Assembly (NCBI GenBank): GCA_963682135.1
Contig: OY821645.1
Location: 160,001-224,000, forward strand
Length of the DNA stretch: 64,000 nt
Source: Methanothrix sp.
Lineage (GTDB): Archaea; Halobacteriota; Methanosarcinia; Methanotrichales; Methanotrichaceae
Direction: 5' to 3'
Below the pieces are notes generated by a model that saw nothing but the letters and a program-made list of their open reading frames with translations, was not told the origin of the DNA and did not search any database. The stretch's first letter is position 1, and each line of letters opens with the position of its first letter. The translations under genes and the position numbers were made by a program. Shown here in pieces: positions 38,805 through 48,617 of the stretch.

Positions 38805-39298
38805 ATGGGATCCGAAATACCACAGAGCATCTCAAGACTTTTTAGTGGAGATGAGGTAGTAAGCATGGTGGTCGAGCCGTCAAGTTTCAAGCCTAAGATC
38901 CACCCCACCAAACTTATCATAACAAACCATAGAATCGTGATCTATAAGCCGGATTCGTAGGATCTGAGACGGAAGAGTATCCCTTCGAGTCAATAGATAA
39001 AATTGATCACAAAAAAGGCTTCATGCGCTCTGAAATTGAAATTCATACACATGGCAAGAAGATTGAGCTGGACAATATTTCTAATGACGATGCAGTTAAG
39101 GCCATCAGCATTATTCGTCAGAATATGCAGACCCACAAGACTGCCCAGAAAACCGTGATTTTGCAGGCACCCACGGCCCCCTCTACACAAGAAGATCCTG
39201 TTGCTAAGCTCAAGCAGCTCAAGGAAATGCTTGATGCCGGCCTGGTCAGTCAAGAAGAGTACGACAAGACCAAAGCGGCAGTTCTTGCCAGGATGTGA
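38805..39298 (+). pseudogene. Bacterial PH-domain + SHOCT protein with a frameshift
   Basis: LIITNHRIVIYKP, then one G missing at about 38951, then GSETEEYPFESID...LKQLKEMLDAGLVSQEEYDKTK. Confidence 0.75.
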
Positions 39299-39618
39299 CG
39301 ATACAAACCCGGTAGGCTCCGCCTATCCGGTATTTTCGCCATAACATTCATTTAGGTAAGATTCGGCGCACCTTTCGCCGATCCTCATTTCGTACCGTAC
39401 ATAAATTATATCCTGTGGGGCATGCCGCTGTAGTAAAGGTACGTCTCATCAACCCTATTTTTATAAACCACCCATTTTTACCAGCCAAGCTCTTTTCATT
39501 TTCGCGAGACCGCAACAAGAGCTAGCCGAGCTAGCATCTGCCCCCTGGCGTGCGTCCATCCGTGCTCCTGCCTGCCCAAGACCACGCGGCGATCCACGCA
39601 TAGTCACTACTACGAATT

Positions 39619-39756
39619 ATGGGCCAATGGAAGAGGTTCTTTATCCAAGAAGACCCAGTTGCCAAGCTCAAGCAACTCAAAGAGGTGCTGGACGCCGGGC
39701 TGGTCAGCCAAGATGAGTATGACAAGACCAAGGCCGCGGTTCTGGCGAGGATGTAG
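39619..39756 (+). CDS. Stand-alone SHOCT micro-ORF (45 aa) or gene remnant
   Basis: MGQWKRFFIQEDPVAKLKQLKEVLDAGLVSQDEYDKTKAAVLARM*. Confidence 0.5.
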   Translation: MGQWKRFFIQEDPVAKLKQLKEVLDAGLVSQDEYDKTKAAVLARM

Positions 39757-40064
39757 GCCAGCTTATGCCAAATCCTTTTATCTCTGCAATTCCAGGTATT
39801 GGTATGCACAGGTATCACGTAATTGGAGAAAGAATACCAGAAGAAGATAGGAAGAAGGCCTTAAGTGCCCTTCCACCTGAAGTACGGGATGCCTATCTGG
39901 ATGTCACCAGAAGTCATCGCCGGTTGCTAGAGCGCCTGGCTCAGAGGTAATCGAATATATTTCTCTGCCGGGCTTTGAACCAGGTCTTACTCTTCTTCTT
40001 CAGCCATCCCTCGATGCACACTATCTCACATTCTTTCTCAGTATCGGAGATCTGTTGAAGGGCG

Positions 40065-40382
40065 TTGATGATTATGAAGTTGGCATATATTCTACTCGCC
40101 TTGGCTTTACTGGTGCCCCTGGCTTTATCGGCACCAGCAAACGACGGCGACATAAATCTTGCAAGAGAAGCAATTGATGTAACACATTCTGACCACTCCC
40201 TGGGCGAACCCCTTACAGCATCCGAAAAGGTATTTGTGGGCTCTACTAAATCCGATAAATATCATTATCCGAGTTGTAGCTCAGCCAAGAACATCCGCCC
40301 GGAGAACGAGATTTGGTTCTCCAGCTCGGCGGATGCGAGATCACACGGCTACGTGCCATGCGGTCGATGCAATCCACCATGA
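40065..40382 (+). CDS. Secreted protein with an Ada-type metal-binding domain
   Basis: Signal peptide; KYHYPSC...GYVPCGRCNP. Confidence 0.8.
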   Translation: MMIMKLAYILLALALLVPLALSAPANDGDINLAREAIDVTHSDHSLGEPLTASEKVFVGSTKSDKYHYPSCSSAKNIRPENEIWFSSSADARSHGYVPCGRCNPP

Positions 40383-40397
40383 ATCTTTGAGGGGAAC

Positions 40398-40590
40398 ACA
40401 TCGATCTATTTTTCTACCGCAGAGGAAAAAGAAGTATTTGGAGAATTCTGCCAGGGAGCGCGGCGCTACCCTGAGAAAGCACTTTCTTCAGGGATTGCTG
40501 GCGCTCAAGGATAAGAGCAACTCCTCTTCTCGTCCGGGCCTGCTAAAGGAGTCTGAGACAGACCCTGAAGGCGGACATGTCCAAAGCCCA
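40398..40590 (+). pseudogene. Second decayed copy of the N-terminus of the 30603-31121 gene
   Basis: SIYFSTAEEK, ARERGA, SSRPGLLKE and LKADMSKAQ in shifting frames match TIYFSTTEEK, AKERGT, SPRPDLLKE and LKADLAKAQ. Confidence 0.6.
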
Positions 40591-40870
40591 ACCGGCCAAG
40601 CTGAACTCAACCGGATTTCCGCTCTGCCATCCGCGCCGCCGAGAGGACCGCCCAGGTGGCTCCTGCCTGCCCGGCACCTCGCAGCGATCCTGGCCGGGGT
40701 GCTGGAGAATTTGCGGTCAGGCCAACGAATGAGAATGATAAGCTATCGGCATTGCCAAAATAAGTTCCTAGAATTGCGACGGGTTACACCAAGAATCTTT
40801 CAGATACCACAGCAAGCCATCGGCGCCTGCCTTAAATAGGTAAATCCACATGGAAGGTTAACGTGAAATA

Positions 40871-41380
40871 ATGCCATTAATTGATATTCAATTAGCTGTA
40901 TCCGGCTTGGATTCTAGAACTCTGGAGCAAGCGGGGATCATTGCGAACTTTTTCGCAGGCTTCCTTCTGGCCTCTGAGTATTTCCTTATTAATGATAAAA
41001 TCATTAAGATAAATACTTATCTAGAGCGTAATTTATCAAAAATCTACAATAGGTTTTCTAAAAGAGTTAAGATATATTCAAAATGGAATAGACGGTTGAT
41101 ATTAGTGGTCTTTTTGGTGATTGCTTTCCTGTCGGTTTATCAAACCCTATTTTATTCCTCGTCCAGCTTGCTGGATTACATCGCATACTACTACGGCCTG
41201 GCAAAACATATTCTTATACCTTTACGCAGAGCGCTCCTGGTATCATTAGCGATCTTAGCAGTTATGTTCATTATCCTGTTCGTGGCTCGATCCACACCAA
41301 AGAAGATGATTGGCGCATTCGCTATCCTGCTCTTTATATTTGGGAATATGTTGCTCTTTCTCAGTACTATCTTTGAGTAA
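40871..41380 (+). CDS. Hypothetical membrane protein
   Basis: About four hydrophobic helices; AT-rich. Confidence 0.6.
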   Translation: MPLIDIQLAVSGLDSRTLEQAGIIANFFAGFLLASEYFLINDKIIKINTYLERNLSKIYNRFSKRVKIYSKWNRRLILVVFLVIAFLSVYQTLFYSSSSLLDYIAYYYGLAKHILIPLRRALLVSLAILAVMFIILFVARSTPKKMIGAFAILLFIFGNMLLFLSTIFE

Positions 41381-42002
41381 AATCAGATGCCTGCACAGAA
41401 GCGAAATATGCCTGGACCATATCGATCGCATTGTGCAGCCGTTCCTCCCTCAGCTACAATCCTGCAGGCACCCCGACCGGAAAAAGACTGCGTTACAGCC
41501 TGCCATGACCTCGCAGCTATACTGGCCAAGATAGCGCCGCCAGGAAGTGCAACTTCGAGAGAGATGAGGCTCGACAAACAACTCTCGGTCTTTCCTCTTA
41601 CTGGAACATAACTTAAATCAGAATCTTTGATAAGTACTTTGCTTGATAAATATGTATGATTCTGTATGGTATATAACTAATTAATGCAAGCGTCACATAA
41701 TAGCTTTGATCCCTGTTGATGAATGAAATAAGGCCCAAACGCCCCCGCCACCTGGGAGGGAGAGCAGGGAGGGTTTGAGCCGCTTCTCTTTTCCGCTGAT
41801 AGTGAATAAAAACCTTTTGGCCAAACGACCAAAACAAAATATAGGAGTTCCGGCCAATAGACTTTTTCTATGCGCCTCTGATCATGTATTTATCCTATGC
41901 AATTTATTTGTTCGAGGTATCATATGAACTTTTTTAAGAATGTATGTCGGCTGCATCTATGGGTCCATCCATCGCGCCAATGTACCACAGCCACCAAAAT
42001 CA

Positions 42003-42836
42003 TTATGGCAAATGCGTCTGTTCGGCTTCCGCCACCGGGAACTTGGCCCGAATCTCCCGGCTTCTCAGCACCGGCAAATCTATCTCAGCCAAAATGCCCT
42101 CAATTCTTTTTCTCTCAGCAGAGCGCAGAGACTTCCTATCAAGATAGGCATGGGTAGCATTCGACTTGCGGCAAGCCTCCTCCACTACCTCACGATTTAC
42201 TCCTGCTATCTGGTAATTGGAAAAGAGATGCCCAAAGGCTACATTTGCCTTGAACAACAACTCAGTCTGCCTGGCCACATAGTGCCCGCCGCCAAAGCCC
42301 AGGAATACAGGAAGCTGCTTGCACTCAATGGCCAGGATTGCCCGTGCTACCGTCTCCCCCGCCTGCCGATCCTGCCATTCTTTCAAAGTGCTGCCAATCT
42401 CCGCAAAAAAGCAGGGGGTCTTCAAGTCCACTGGCCCGTGATGAGTGGCCTCTGCTGATACTGCAAAGCCGGGAAGAGATATGTTATGCAAAAATGATCG
42501 CAGGCCGCAGGGTGAAGCCGTTGAAAGCTTACTCTGTCCGTCTTCCAGTATGCCTGTGAAGTGCCCACCCAGCCAGGGCAATCCAGCTTTCGCCTCGTGG
42601 CGGCTGGCAAAGACCACCATCTCCGTCTGCAATCCTAAATCAGACAGCCGATCATCCAGGCCGCTTAAACGTGTCTGCTTTTCGTCGTGAATTATCAGAC
42701 GCCACCGGCCATAGGACCTGTAGCCTTCCTCACACTGCCAGGAGCACAGCTCCCGTAGACGCTCACAAATATTGAAGCTTGCCGGATCTGCCCTAGAGCA
42801 GATTACGGCAATCTCGCGTTCCGATGCAATCTTCAG
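42003..42836 (-). CDS. dtdA: D-aminoacyl-tRNA deacylase (archaeal DTD2); probable non-canonical start
   Basis: IAVICSRADPASFNI, FASRH, EATHHGP, FAEIGS and GFGGGHY in one open frame. No ATG/GTG/TTG occurs upstream of 42632. Confidence 0.88.
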   Translation of the reverse strand: MKIASEREIAVICSRADPASFNICERLRELCSWQCEEGYRSYGRWRLIIHDEKQTRLSGLDDRLSDLGLQTEMVVFASRHEAKAGLPWLGGHFTGILEDGQSKLSTASPCGLRSFLHNISLPGFAVSAEATHHGPVDLKTPCFFAEIGSTLKEWQDRQAGETVARAILAIECKQLPVFLGFGGGHYVARQTELLFKANVAFGHLFSNYQIAGVNREVVEEACRKSNATHAYLDRKSLRSAERKRIEGILAEIDLPVLRSREIRAKFPVAEAEQTHLP

Positions 42837-43900
42837 ATCTCCTTGCTCACATCCAGCATTTTAGCTACCATGGGCGCGTAATCGATCTTGCTGGCCTTTA
42901 TCTCGGCAAGCGGCATGATAACGAGCATGGGTCTCTCAATGATCAGACCCTGAGCTGAGAGAGCACGAAGCTCCTTATCCATGCGGTTCTTTAGGTCCGG
43001 ATATCCTGTGGACAAAAAGGCGCCAAAGATCTCTCCCGGCTGCAAATAACTGAACAGAGGCGCTCCAATCCTGCGGAAGGCCTGGTAGACCTGAGCAAGA
43101 TCCTGGCGATCGTGACCATGCCTGATGCGCACATGATAAAAGGACATCAGTTCGCAGCAGATCTTCTGCCAATCCACATAGGCCTCGCGAGTCAGTAGCC
43201 CGCTCTGGAAGAACTTGGTTCGCTTTCCAGAGATGGTAGGCCGAGAGATGCCGGTTCTCCGGGAAAGCTCCAGGTCTGAGAGCATGGGATACTTTACAAA
43301 TGAGTAGAGCGTGAGCTTATCCTTCTCTGTGAGGCGCGAGTCCTCAGTTATAGCTGCTTTGGGCGTTATTACCTCATCAGATAGATCGGATCTTGTGAGA
43401 TCAAAAAGGCCGTCTACTGCGAGAGCCGCATCAGCCGAGTAGCTGGAGACCTGGAAAGGATAGTGGAAATAATGAATATCTTCCACAAACTCGCTGCGGT
43501 AGTACTCGTCGATTATAGGATCAAAGTTTACCCGAAAGTCAGTGAGGCTTCTAGAGTAGAACGTAGACACTGAATCGGTATCTGTGGCAATGTGCGAGAC
43601 ACAATTGGGGTAATTCACCCAATTCTGATACGAGGTGGATCCTTTCCTTACCTCAAAGGAAGCGGTCGGATTGTATTTCACGAAGACGGAGGTCAGGATT
43701 TCGGCACCTACAGCTTCACCGGAAGGCACATTCAAAAGTTTTATGAGTTTCCAATCTCTAAACTTTCTTTTGCTCTTGAATATTGTTGAGCGATCAACGC
43801 CTATATTAGAAGCGAGATCTATGTCACTGAGCCCCGGATATCTGGCAAGACCATAAAGAACTAACCTCTCCTTTGATGTCAATTTTAGCTGCATTCGCAT
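42833..43900 (-). CDS. Tandem HTH + Lrp/AsnC-like regulator
   Basis: Two repeats: LTSKERLVLYGLARYPGLSD and LTEKDKLTLYSFVKYPMLSD. Confidence 0.75.
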   Translation of the reverse strand: MRMQLKLTSKERLVLYGLARYPGLSDIDLASNIGVDRSTIFKSKRKFRDWKLIKLLNVPSGEAVGAEILTSVFVKYNPTASFEVRKGSTSYQNWVNYPNCVSHIATDTDSVSTFYSRSLTDFRVNFDPIIDEYYRSEFVEDIHYFHYPFQVSSYSADAALAVDGLFDLTRSDLSDEVITPKAAITEDSRLTEKDKLTLYSFVKYPMLSDLELSRRTGISRPTISGKRTKFFQSGLLTREAYVDWQKICCELMSFYHVRIRHGHDRQDLAQVYQAFRRIGAPLFSYLQPGEIFGAFLSTGYPDLKNRMDKELRALSAQGLIIERPMLVIMPLAEIKASKIDYAPMVAKMLDVSKEI

Positions 43901-44041
43901 AGCATATACATTTTATAAGTATTTATAGATTGCCTAATCTTAGATTTCCGGGTATATCTCTGCGTCATATACAAGGGATCGTAAGATCAATTTTGCCAGA
44001 ATTTAATTAAGGAGCCAAGAGCTTGCACTTCTCTTGCGAGA

Positions 44042-44626
44042 TCACATTCTAAATGGATGGGAGAGGTATTCTCTTCTCCTAATAGAAAACGGAAAATCAT
44101 GTCCTGGAACCACAATATCGCAAAGCGCTATTATTCTCTGCATACTGGCAATGGCCAGGTCACGATCGACGTGTAAGGCAGGAGGAACTTTTTTAAGAAA
44201 ATTTCCAAAGGTAGGAAGAGCATCACCGCATATTACTATTGTTGTTATTTGCGATTCTACATCACCCATATCAACTACTACGGAAATACTGTCCATGCTG
44301 TGGCCCGGAGTTGCCATGACCCAAACGCCGGGTGCTATTACATCTCCCTCCTTTGCCATCAGGATCTTCGCACGGGAAAAAAGATGATTGTTGCCACAGT
44401 GATCCGGATGGGAATGAGTATTGACAATGCTTTTGACCTCCTCCGGCTTTACGCATAGTTTTGCCAATTCCCCCAGGATCAGCTCCTCTTCACCCTGAAG
44501 ACCGCTGTCCACAATAATTATCTGCTGCCCGCTGATTATCAATGTCACCGAAGATCGAGCGTCCAGGATCCGACCATACTCGTCTCTCTCAATCGATCCG
44601 GGCTTGACAAGGAATACGGCGGGCAT
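44042..44626 (-). CDS. Metallo-beta-lactamase-fold hydrolase
   Basis: THSHPDH, TPGHS, GDA and VPGHD. Confidence 0.9.
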   Translation of the reverse strand: MPAVFLVKPGSIERDEYGRILDARSSVTLIISGQQIIIVDSGLQGEEELILGELAKLCVKPEEVKSIVNTHSHPDHCGNNHLFSRAKILMAKEGDVIAPGVWVMATPGHSMDSISVVVDMGDVESQITTIVICGDALPTFGNFLKKVPPALHVDRDLAIASMQRIIALCDIVVPGHDFPFSIRRREYLSHPFRM

Positions 44627-44672
44627 TCTTTGCTATCCTCAAACAAGTCTTGCCATGTTCAACTTGCCTTGC

Positions 44673-46016
44673 TCAAGCAAGGTAGAGCTTTTGCAGCTTC
44701 TCGCAAACCCTCTCTACCTGAGCCACGGCGGTTCCGATATACCGGTGCGGATCAAGCAAGGCATCTATATCGTTGGCACTCAGGTGGCGCAAGACTGTCT
44801 CGTTCTCCAAAAGGACCTCTGCCAGCTCCCTCTTCTGCTCAAACGCAGTCATAGAACTCTGGCGCATGATCTCATGTGCCTGCTGGCGGCCCACGCCTTT
44901 CTTGGCCAGCTCCACCATCACGTTCTCGGCCATATTCAGTCCGTGCAGCATAATCAAATTCCGCTCGATATTCTCAGGCCGCAGCCGCATCCGGCTGAGC
45001 GTGCGCGTGGCCAGAGTGATAAGGTGGTCGGTGAAGATGAAGGCTTCCGGAAAAACGATGCGCTCGCAGCTACTATTGGTAAGATCGCGCTCATCCCAGA
45101 GGGGAATGTTCTCAAAGGCAGGCAGGATTTGTGCTCGCACGATTCTGGACAGGCCGCAGATCTGTTCCGACTTAATCGGATTTCTCTTGTGAGGCATGGT
45201 CGAGGAGCCAACCTGTTTTTTGCCGAACCCCTCTTCTACTTCAGCGATCTCTGTGCGCTGCAAAGTGCGCATCTCCACGAAAATCTTGTCCAGGGTGGCA
45301 GACACGAGCGCCATCCAGCAGACCATCTCAGCATGTCTATCACGCTGCACGACCTGATTGGAGACATCTACCTCGTTAAGACCGAGGTGCAACATGACGC
45401 GTGCCTGAATCTCCATTCCATTAAGCCCGTAAGCGGCCTGAGTGCCTACTGCACCACTCATCTTGCCAACCGCAGCGCGGGGCCGCATCTGTGCCAATCG
45501 TTCGATATGGCGCCCGATTTCTGAGGCCCAGATGGCGAATCGCAGGCCATAGGTGGTGGGCACAGCGATCTGGCCGTGCGTTCTGCCGGCGCAGACCAGG
45601 GCTTTATTCTTCATGGCCAGATCGAGCAGTAGCGCCAGGAGATCTTTCAATTTAGGCTCCAGTACATCCAGAGAAGCCTTGATCTGTAGGCCTGTGGCCG
45701 TATCCAGGATGTCGTTGGAGGTGGCGCCCAGGTGAATCCACTCCCCAAATTTCGGAGCGCACTCCGCCATGGCCAGGACGGTGGCCATCATGTCGTGGCC
45801 GATCTCGTCCTCAATCTGCTTGGCCCTTTCCGGAAGCGTCGACTTTGCAGCAGCGGCAATCTCCGCAGCTGCACCCTGGGGAATCATGCCCAGCTCTTCT
45901 TCGGCCTGAGAAAGGGCGGCTTCTACGCGAAATAGACAGCGCAGCCGATAGTCCTCTTCCCAGATATCCTTCATCTCTTTGGTGCCGTATCTAAATTCAA
46001 TAGGGTGAATAGACAT
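44673..46016 (-). CDS. purB: Adenylosuccinate lyase
   Basis: GATSND, GRTHGQ and GSSTMPHKRNP; likely start MSIHP at 46016. Confidence 0.96.
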   Translation of the reverse strand: MSIHPIEFRYGTKEMKDIWEEDYRLRCLFRVEAALSQAEEELGMIPQGAAAEIAAAAKSTLPERAKQIEDEIGHDMMATVLAMAECAPKFGEWIHLGATSNDILDTATGLQIKASLDVLEPKLKDLLALLLDLAMKNKALVCAGRTHGQIAVPTTYGLRFAIWASEIGRHIERLAQMRPRAAVGKMSGAVGTQAAYGLNGMEIQARVMLHLGLNEVDVSNQVVQRDRHAEMVCWMALVSATLDKIFVEMRTLQRTEIAEVEEGFGKKQVGSSTMPHKRNPIKSEQICGLSRIVRAQILPAFENIPLWDERDLTNSSCERIVFPEAFIFTDHLITLATRTLSRMRLRPENIERNLIMLHGLNMAENVMVELAKKGVGRQQAHEIMRQSSMTAFEQKRELAEVLLENETVLRHLSANDIDALLDPHRYIGTAVAQVERVCEKLQKLYLA

Positions 46017-46213
46017 GTTGGGGTGAATAGTGCGGGGGGTTGATGGAACTTTTGGTTGCGCCTTCAAAGGCGGATGAAGAGACTGCAGGAGAATTCATTC
46101 TTCACTATTCCTCAATCGTATTTCTTCTTATTATTCCTGACAGATGCTGCAAAAAAATAATAAAGTATATGAAACAGTAAATCAATCAAACAATGGGTGA
46201 TGAATTGCCAAGG

Positions 46214-46540
46214 ATGAAATCTTTTGCAAGAGGCATAATCGTATTCATAACGGTCATGCTCTCTCTGGGGTCTATTGCGATCGGTGCGAGCACTGATAAG
46301 GGCGTAAGCCCTGACCAGAATGTGAAAGCCTCGTTTTCCGGGACGGTTCACTCAATTGGCGCAAGCCATGGCAGTGGCTTTTTCAGCGGTCAGATTGTGG
46401 CAATCGCCTTGAATCCACGGCCCGAGCCGCCGATATACAGGATCAGTGTGAACGTCGGCAAAGGCATTTTCAGCGGCCAGATTGTGTACGGGGCCATTAA
46501 TCCTCAGCCGGAGCCTCCTGGAGCAGGGACCAAACCTTAG
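46214..46540 (+). CDS. Small secreted protein with a duplicated FSGQIV...NPxPEPP motif
   Basis: Signal peptide; GFFSGQIVAIALNPRPEPP and GIFSGQIVYGAINPQPEPP. Confidence 0.65.
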   Translation: MKSFARGIIVFITVMLSLGSIAIGASTDKGVSPDQNVKASFSGTVHSIGASHGSGFFSGQIVAIALNPRPEPPIYRISVNVGKGIFSGQIVYGAINPQPEPPGAGTKP

Positions 46541-46727
46541 AAACGATATTGAGAGTGCACCTCGCAAAGACACAAATGACAAACTATAATTTTTTTCTCG
46601 AATTGATTTAATCAATATTAAGGAAAAGAACCGATACATTCAAATTATAATTAATATATAATCGACTAAAAATATAATAAATTATTAATAGTTAAAGCTC
46701 AATAAGATTAAACGAAAGGAAGAGAGG

Positions 46728-47789
46728 ATGCTGATGTTTGCGCCGGAAAGAAGAAGCTTGATTTTGACATTTTTATTGGCATTTATAATCGTGATGGTAA
46801 GTCCTTCAAACAGTTCGATTTATCCATTCGGCAGCAAAGTCTTGCCAGGTGACCTGGATATCGGCAGACCCCTTTTCCGTCTTCCCGCAGAGACCACCAT
46901 TGCTTATTGGGATATTGGAACTCCGGGTTATGATGAAAGCGACCCGGTCTATCTGCACATCGGGCATTCTGCCAGCGGCACGACCAACGCCAACGATGTG
47001 AGACTGACTTTTATTGATAATGTATCTCCCGGATCGAAGGTGACATTTCAGGATTTCGACATGAATAAGCCTCTAAAGCAGCTTTATTCGATAATCAGCT
47101 TCCTAGATATTCATGGCAGTCGCGCATATGATCTCGATGATCCTGTTTACCTGCACCATATCGACTGCATGGACCATTCCGATCATCCTGACGATATTTG
47201 CGTTGAAGATTCTGAAAATCCTGCCGATATGATGACAGGCTTTAGTGAGCGCCTTCCATACCGTGGAAGAGAGGTCTCTTCACCGGGATTGGGATTCGCC
47301 CAGTTTACAGATAATTATAAATTGTTCATTTCAGATAAAATCCTCGATAAGAAACCAAGGAAAGTCGGCGAAATGCGGGGACTGGCCATTGAAATGGTTC
47401 ACGGCCTGAAGGCCAACTATTATCATGTTCTAGGAACCTGGCTTATCAAGATTCAAATCCCTAAGGATGATGAATCTTCTGGCAGAGGATGGGAAGATCT
47501 TTCTGATCAGTTTATCCAAACCAATGATATCCGATTAAGCTGCATGGGAAATCTGATAGCTGGGACAAAAGTCACGAATTTTGATGAGGATCAGAATAAA
47601 ATACTGGCTTGGCCACCTCTGGCAAGCTTACTCGGACCTGTCATAGATACCGTAAAGCTGGGCTTCTTCGATGTAAACGGCAATGGAGTTTACGACTACG
47701 AAGACGACGTATACTTGAATGTGCCTTCTGGTCTGTCCAAGGGTGTGGTCACGGCAAATAATGTGAGGCTCTCCGGGCCAATCCTGTAA
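46728..47789 (+). CDS. Secreted protein with three Dx(G/N)..YD..D.VYL repeats
   Basis: WDIGTPGYDESDPVYLH, LDIHGSRAYDLDDPVYLH and FDVNGNGVYDYEDDVYLN; recurring ND(V/I)RL. Confidence 0.75.
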   Translation: MLMFAPERRSLILTFLLAFIIVMVSPSNSSIYPFGSKVLPGDLDIGRPLFRLPAETTIAYWDIGTPGYDESDPVYLHIGHSASGTTNANDVRLTFIDNVSPGSKVTFQDFDMNKPLKQLYSIISFLDIHGSRAYDLDDPVYLHHIDCMDHSDHPDDICVEDSENPADMMTGFSERLPYRGREVSSPGLGFAQFTDNYKLFISDKILDKKPRKVGEMRGLAIEMVHGLKANYYHVLGTWLIKIQIPKDDESSGRGWEDLSDQFIQTNDIRLSCMGNLIAGTKVTNFDEDQNKILAWPPLASLLGPVIDTVKLGFFDVNGNGVYDYEDDVYLNVPSGLSKGVVTANNVRLSGPIL

Positions 47790-47896
47790 GTTAACGGGAT
47801 ATACTTCTCTTTTTGATTCGGCGAGGTTAAGCTGATTTTGGAATTATGGTGAAGCGGTAACGCTTCAGACCTTTTTTCTATTTGAATTTAAAATCA

Positions 47897-48616
47897 TCAG
47901 TTCTCCTCATAAATCGGCTTTTCCGGCACCAGGTAGATCGTCCAGAAGACCAGCGCGGTTACCAGTGCTTTAACGATGATATTGGTCCAGACCATCTGTT
48001 GCAAGCTCTCCACTCCCAAAACCCCGGCAAAAGCGATGATGGGAAACATCAGACTGTCCACGGGAATGGAGATGGAGTTGGAGGCGAATACTCTCGTCCA
48101 CTGCGGCCATTTTTCTCTGCCGCTCCGTGTCCAGATCTGGTAGACCTTGGTGTCGATCAGCTCGGCGACCAACGCCGTGAGGATGGATGCCAGCACGATC
48201 CTCATTTGCAGGGAAAAGAGAAATTCCCAGGCAACCTGGCCTCCGGCATTTGCCCAATCCGTCTGTGCCGGCAGCAGGACCACCAGTTGAAAATATAGAG
48301 CAGCAAGAAGGTTGACTGCTGCCGACAGCCAGATGGTGGTGATTGCCGCCTTCTGGCCGAGCTGCTTGTGTATGAGGTCGCGCCAGGTGAAGGTTAATGA
48401 GTAAATGAAGCCCGCGTCCATTACCAGGCCGCCGAAGTAGGTGACCTTGGTGGCAGCGATGTTTCCTGCCAGGGAGAAGAAGAGGTAAAGGCCGGATAAG
48501 ATTACGGCAGCCTGAGTCCTATCAATCTTCAATTTGCAGCCAGCAATCCGGTTGTTATCGGATTTCTGCGTTTTCTGGCCAACACATCCACTTTGGTCCT
48601 CTATCCTCATCGGCAT
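47897..48616 (-). CDS. yhhQ: Queuosine precursor transporter (YhhQ/VUT family)
   Basis: NIAATK, FTWRDLI, RIVLAS, RVFASNSISIPVDS; directly downstream of tgt. Confidence 0.85.
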   Translation of the reverse strand: MPMRIEDQSGCVGQKTQKSDNNRIAGCKLKIDRTQAAVILSGLYLFFSLAGNIAATKVTYFGGLVMDAGFIYSLTFTWRDLIHKQLGQKAAITTIWLSAAVNLLAALYFQLVVLLPAQTDWANAGGQVAWEFLFSLQMRIVLASILTALVAELIDTKVYQIWTRSGREKWPQWTRVFASNSISIPVDSLMFPIIAFAGVLGVESLQQMVWTNIIVKALVTALVFWTIYLVPEKPIYEEN

Positions 48617-48617
48617 C

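Noticed and set aside
39188-39756. DGR template/variable repeat pair
   Set aside because: The differences are third-position synonymous changes, not adenine-specific, and the window has no reverse transcriptase.
44604-45524. Long antisense ORFs (also 59926-60759, 56656-57363, 26221-26814)
   Set aside because: These are shadow frames opposite well-supported genes such as purB, marker 2, polC and paaK.
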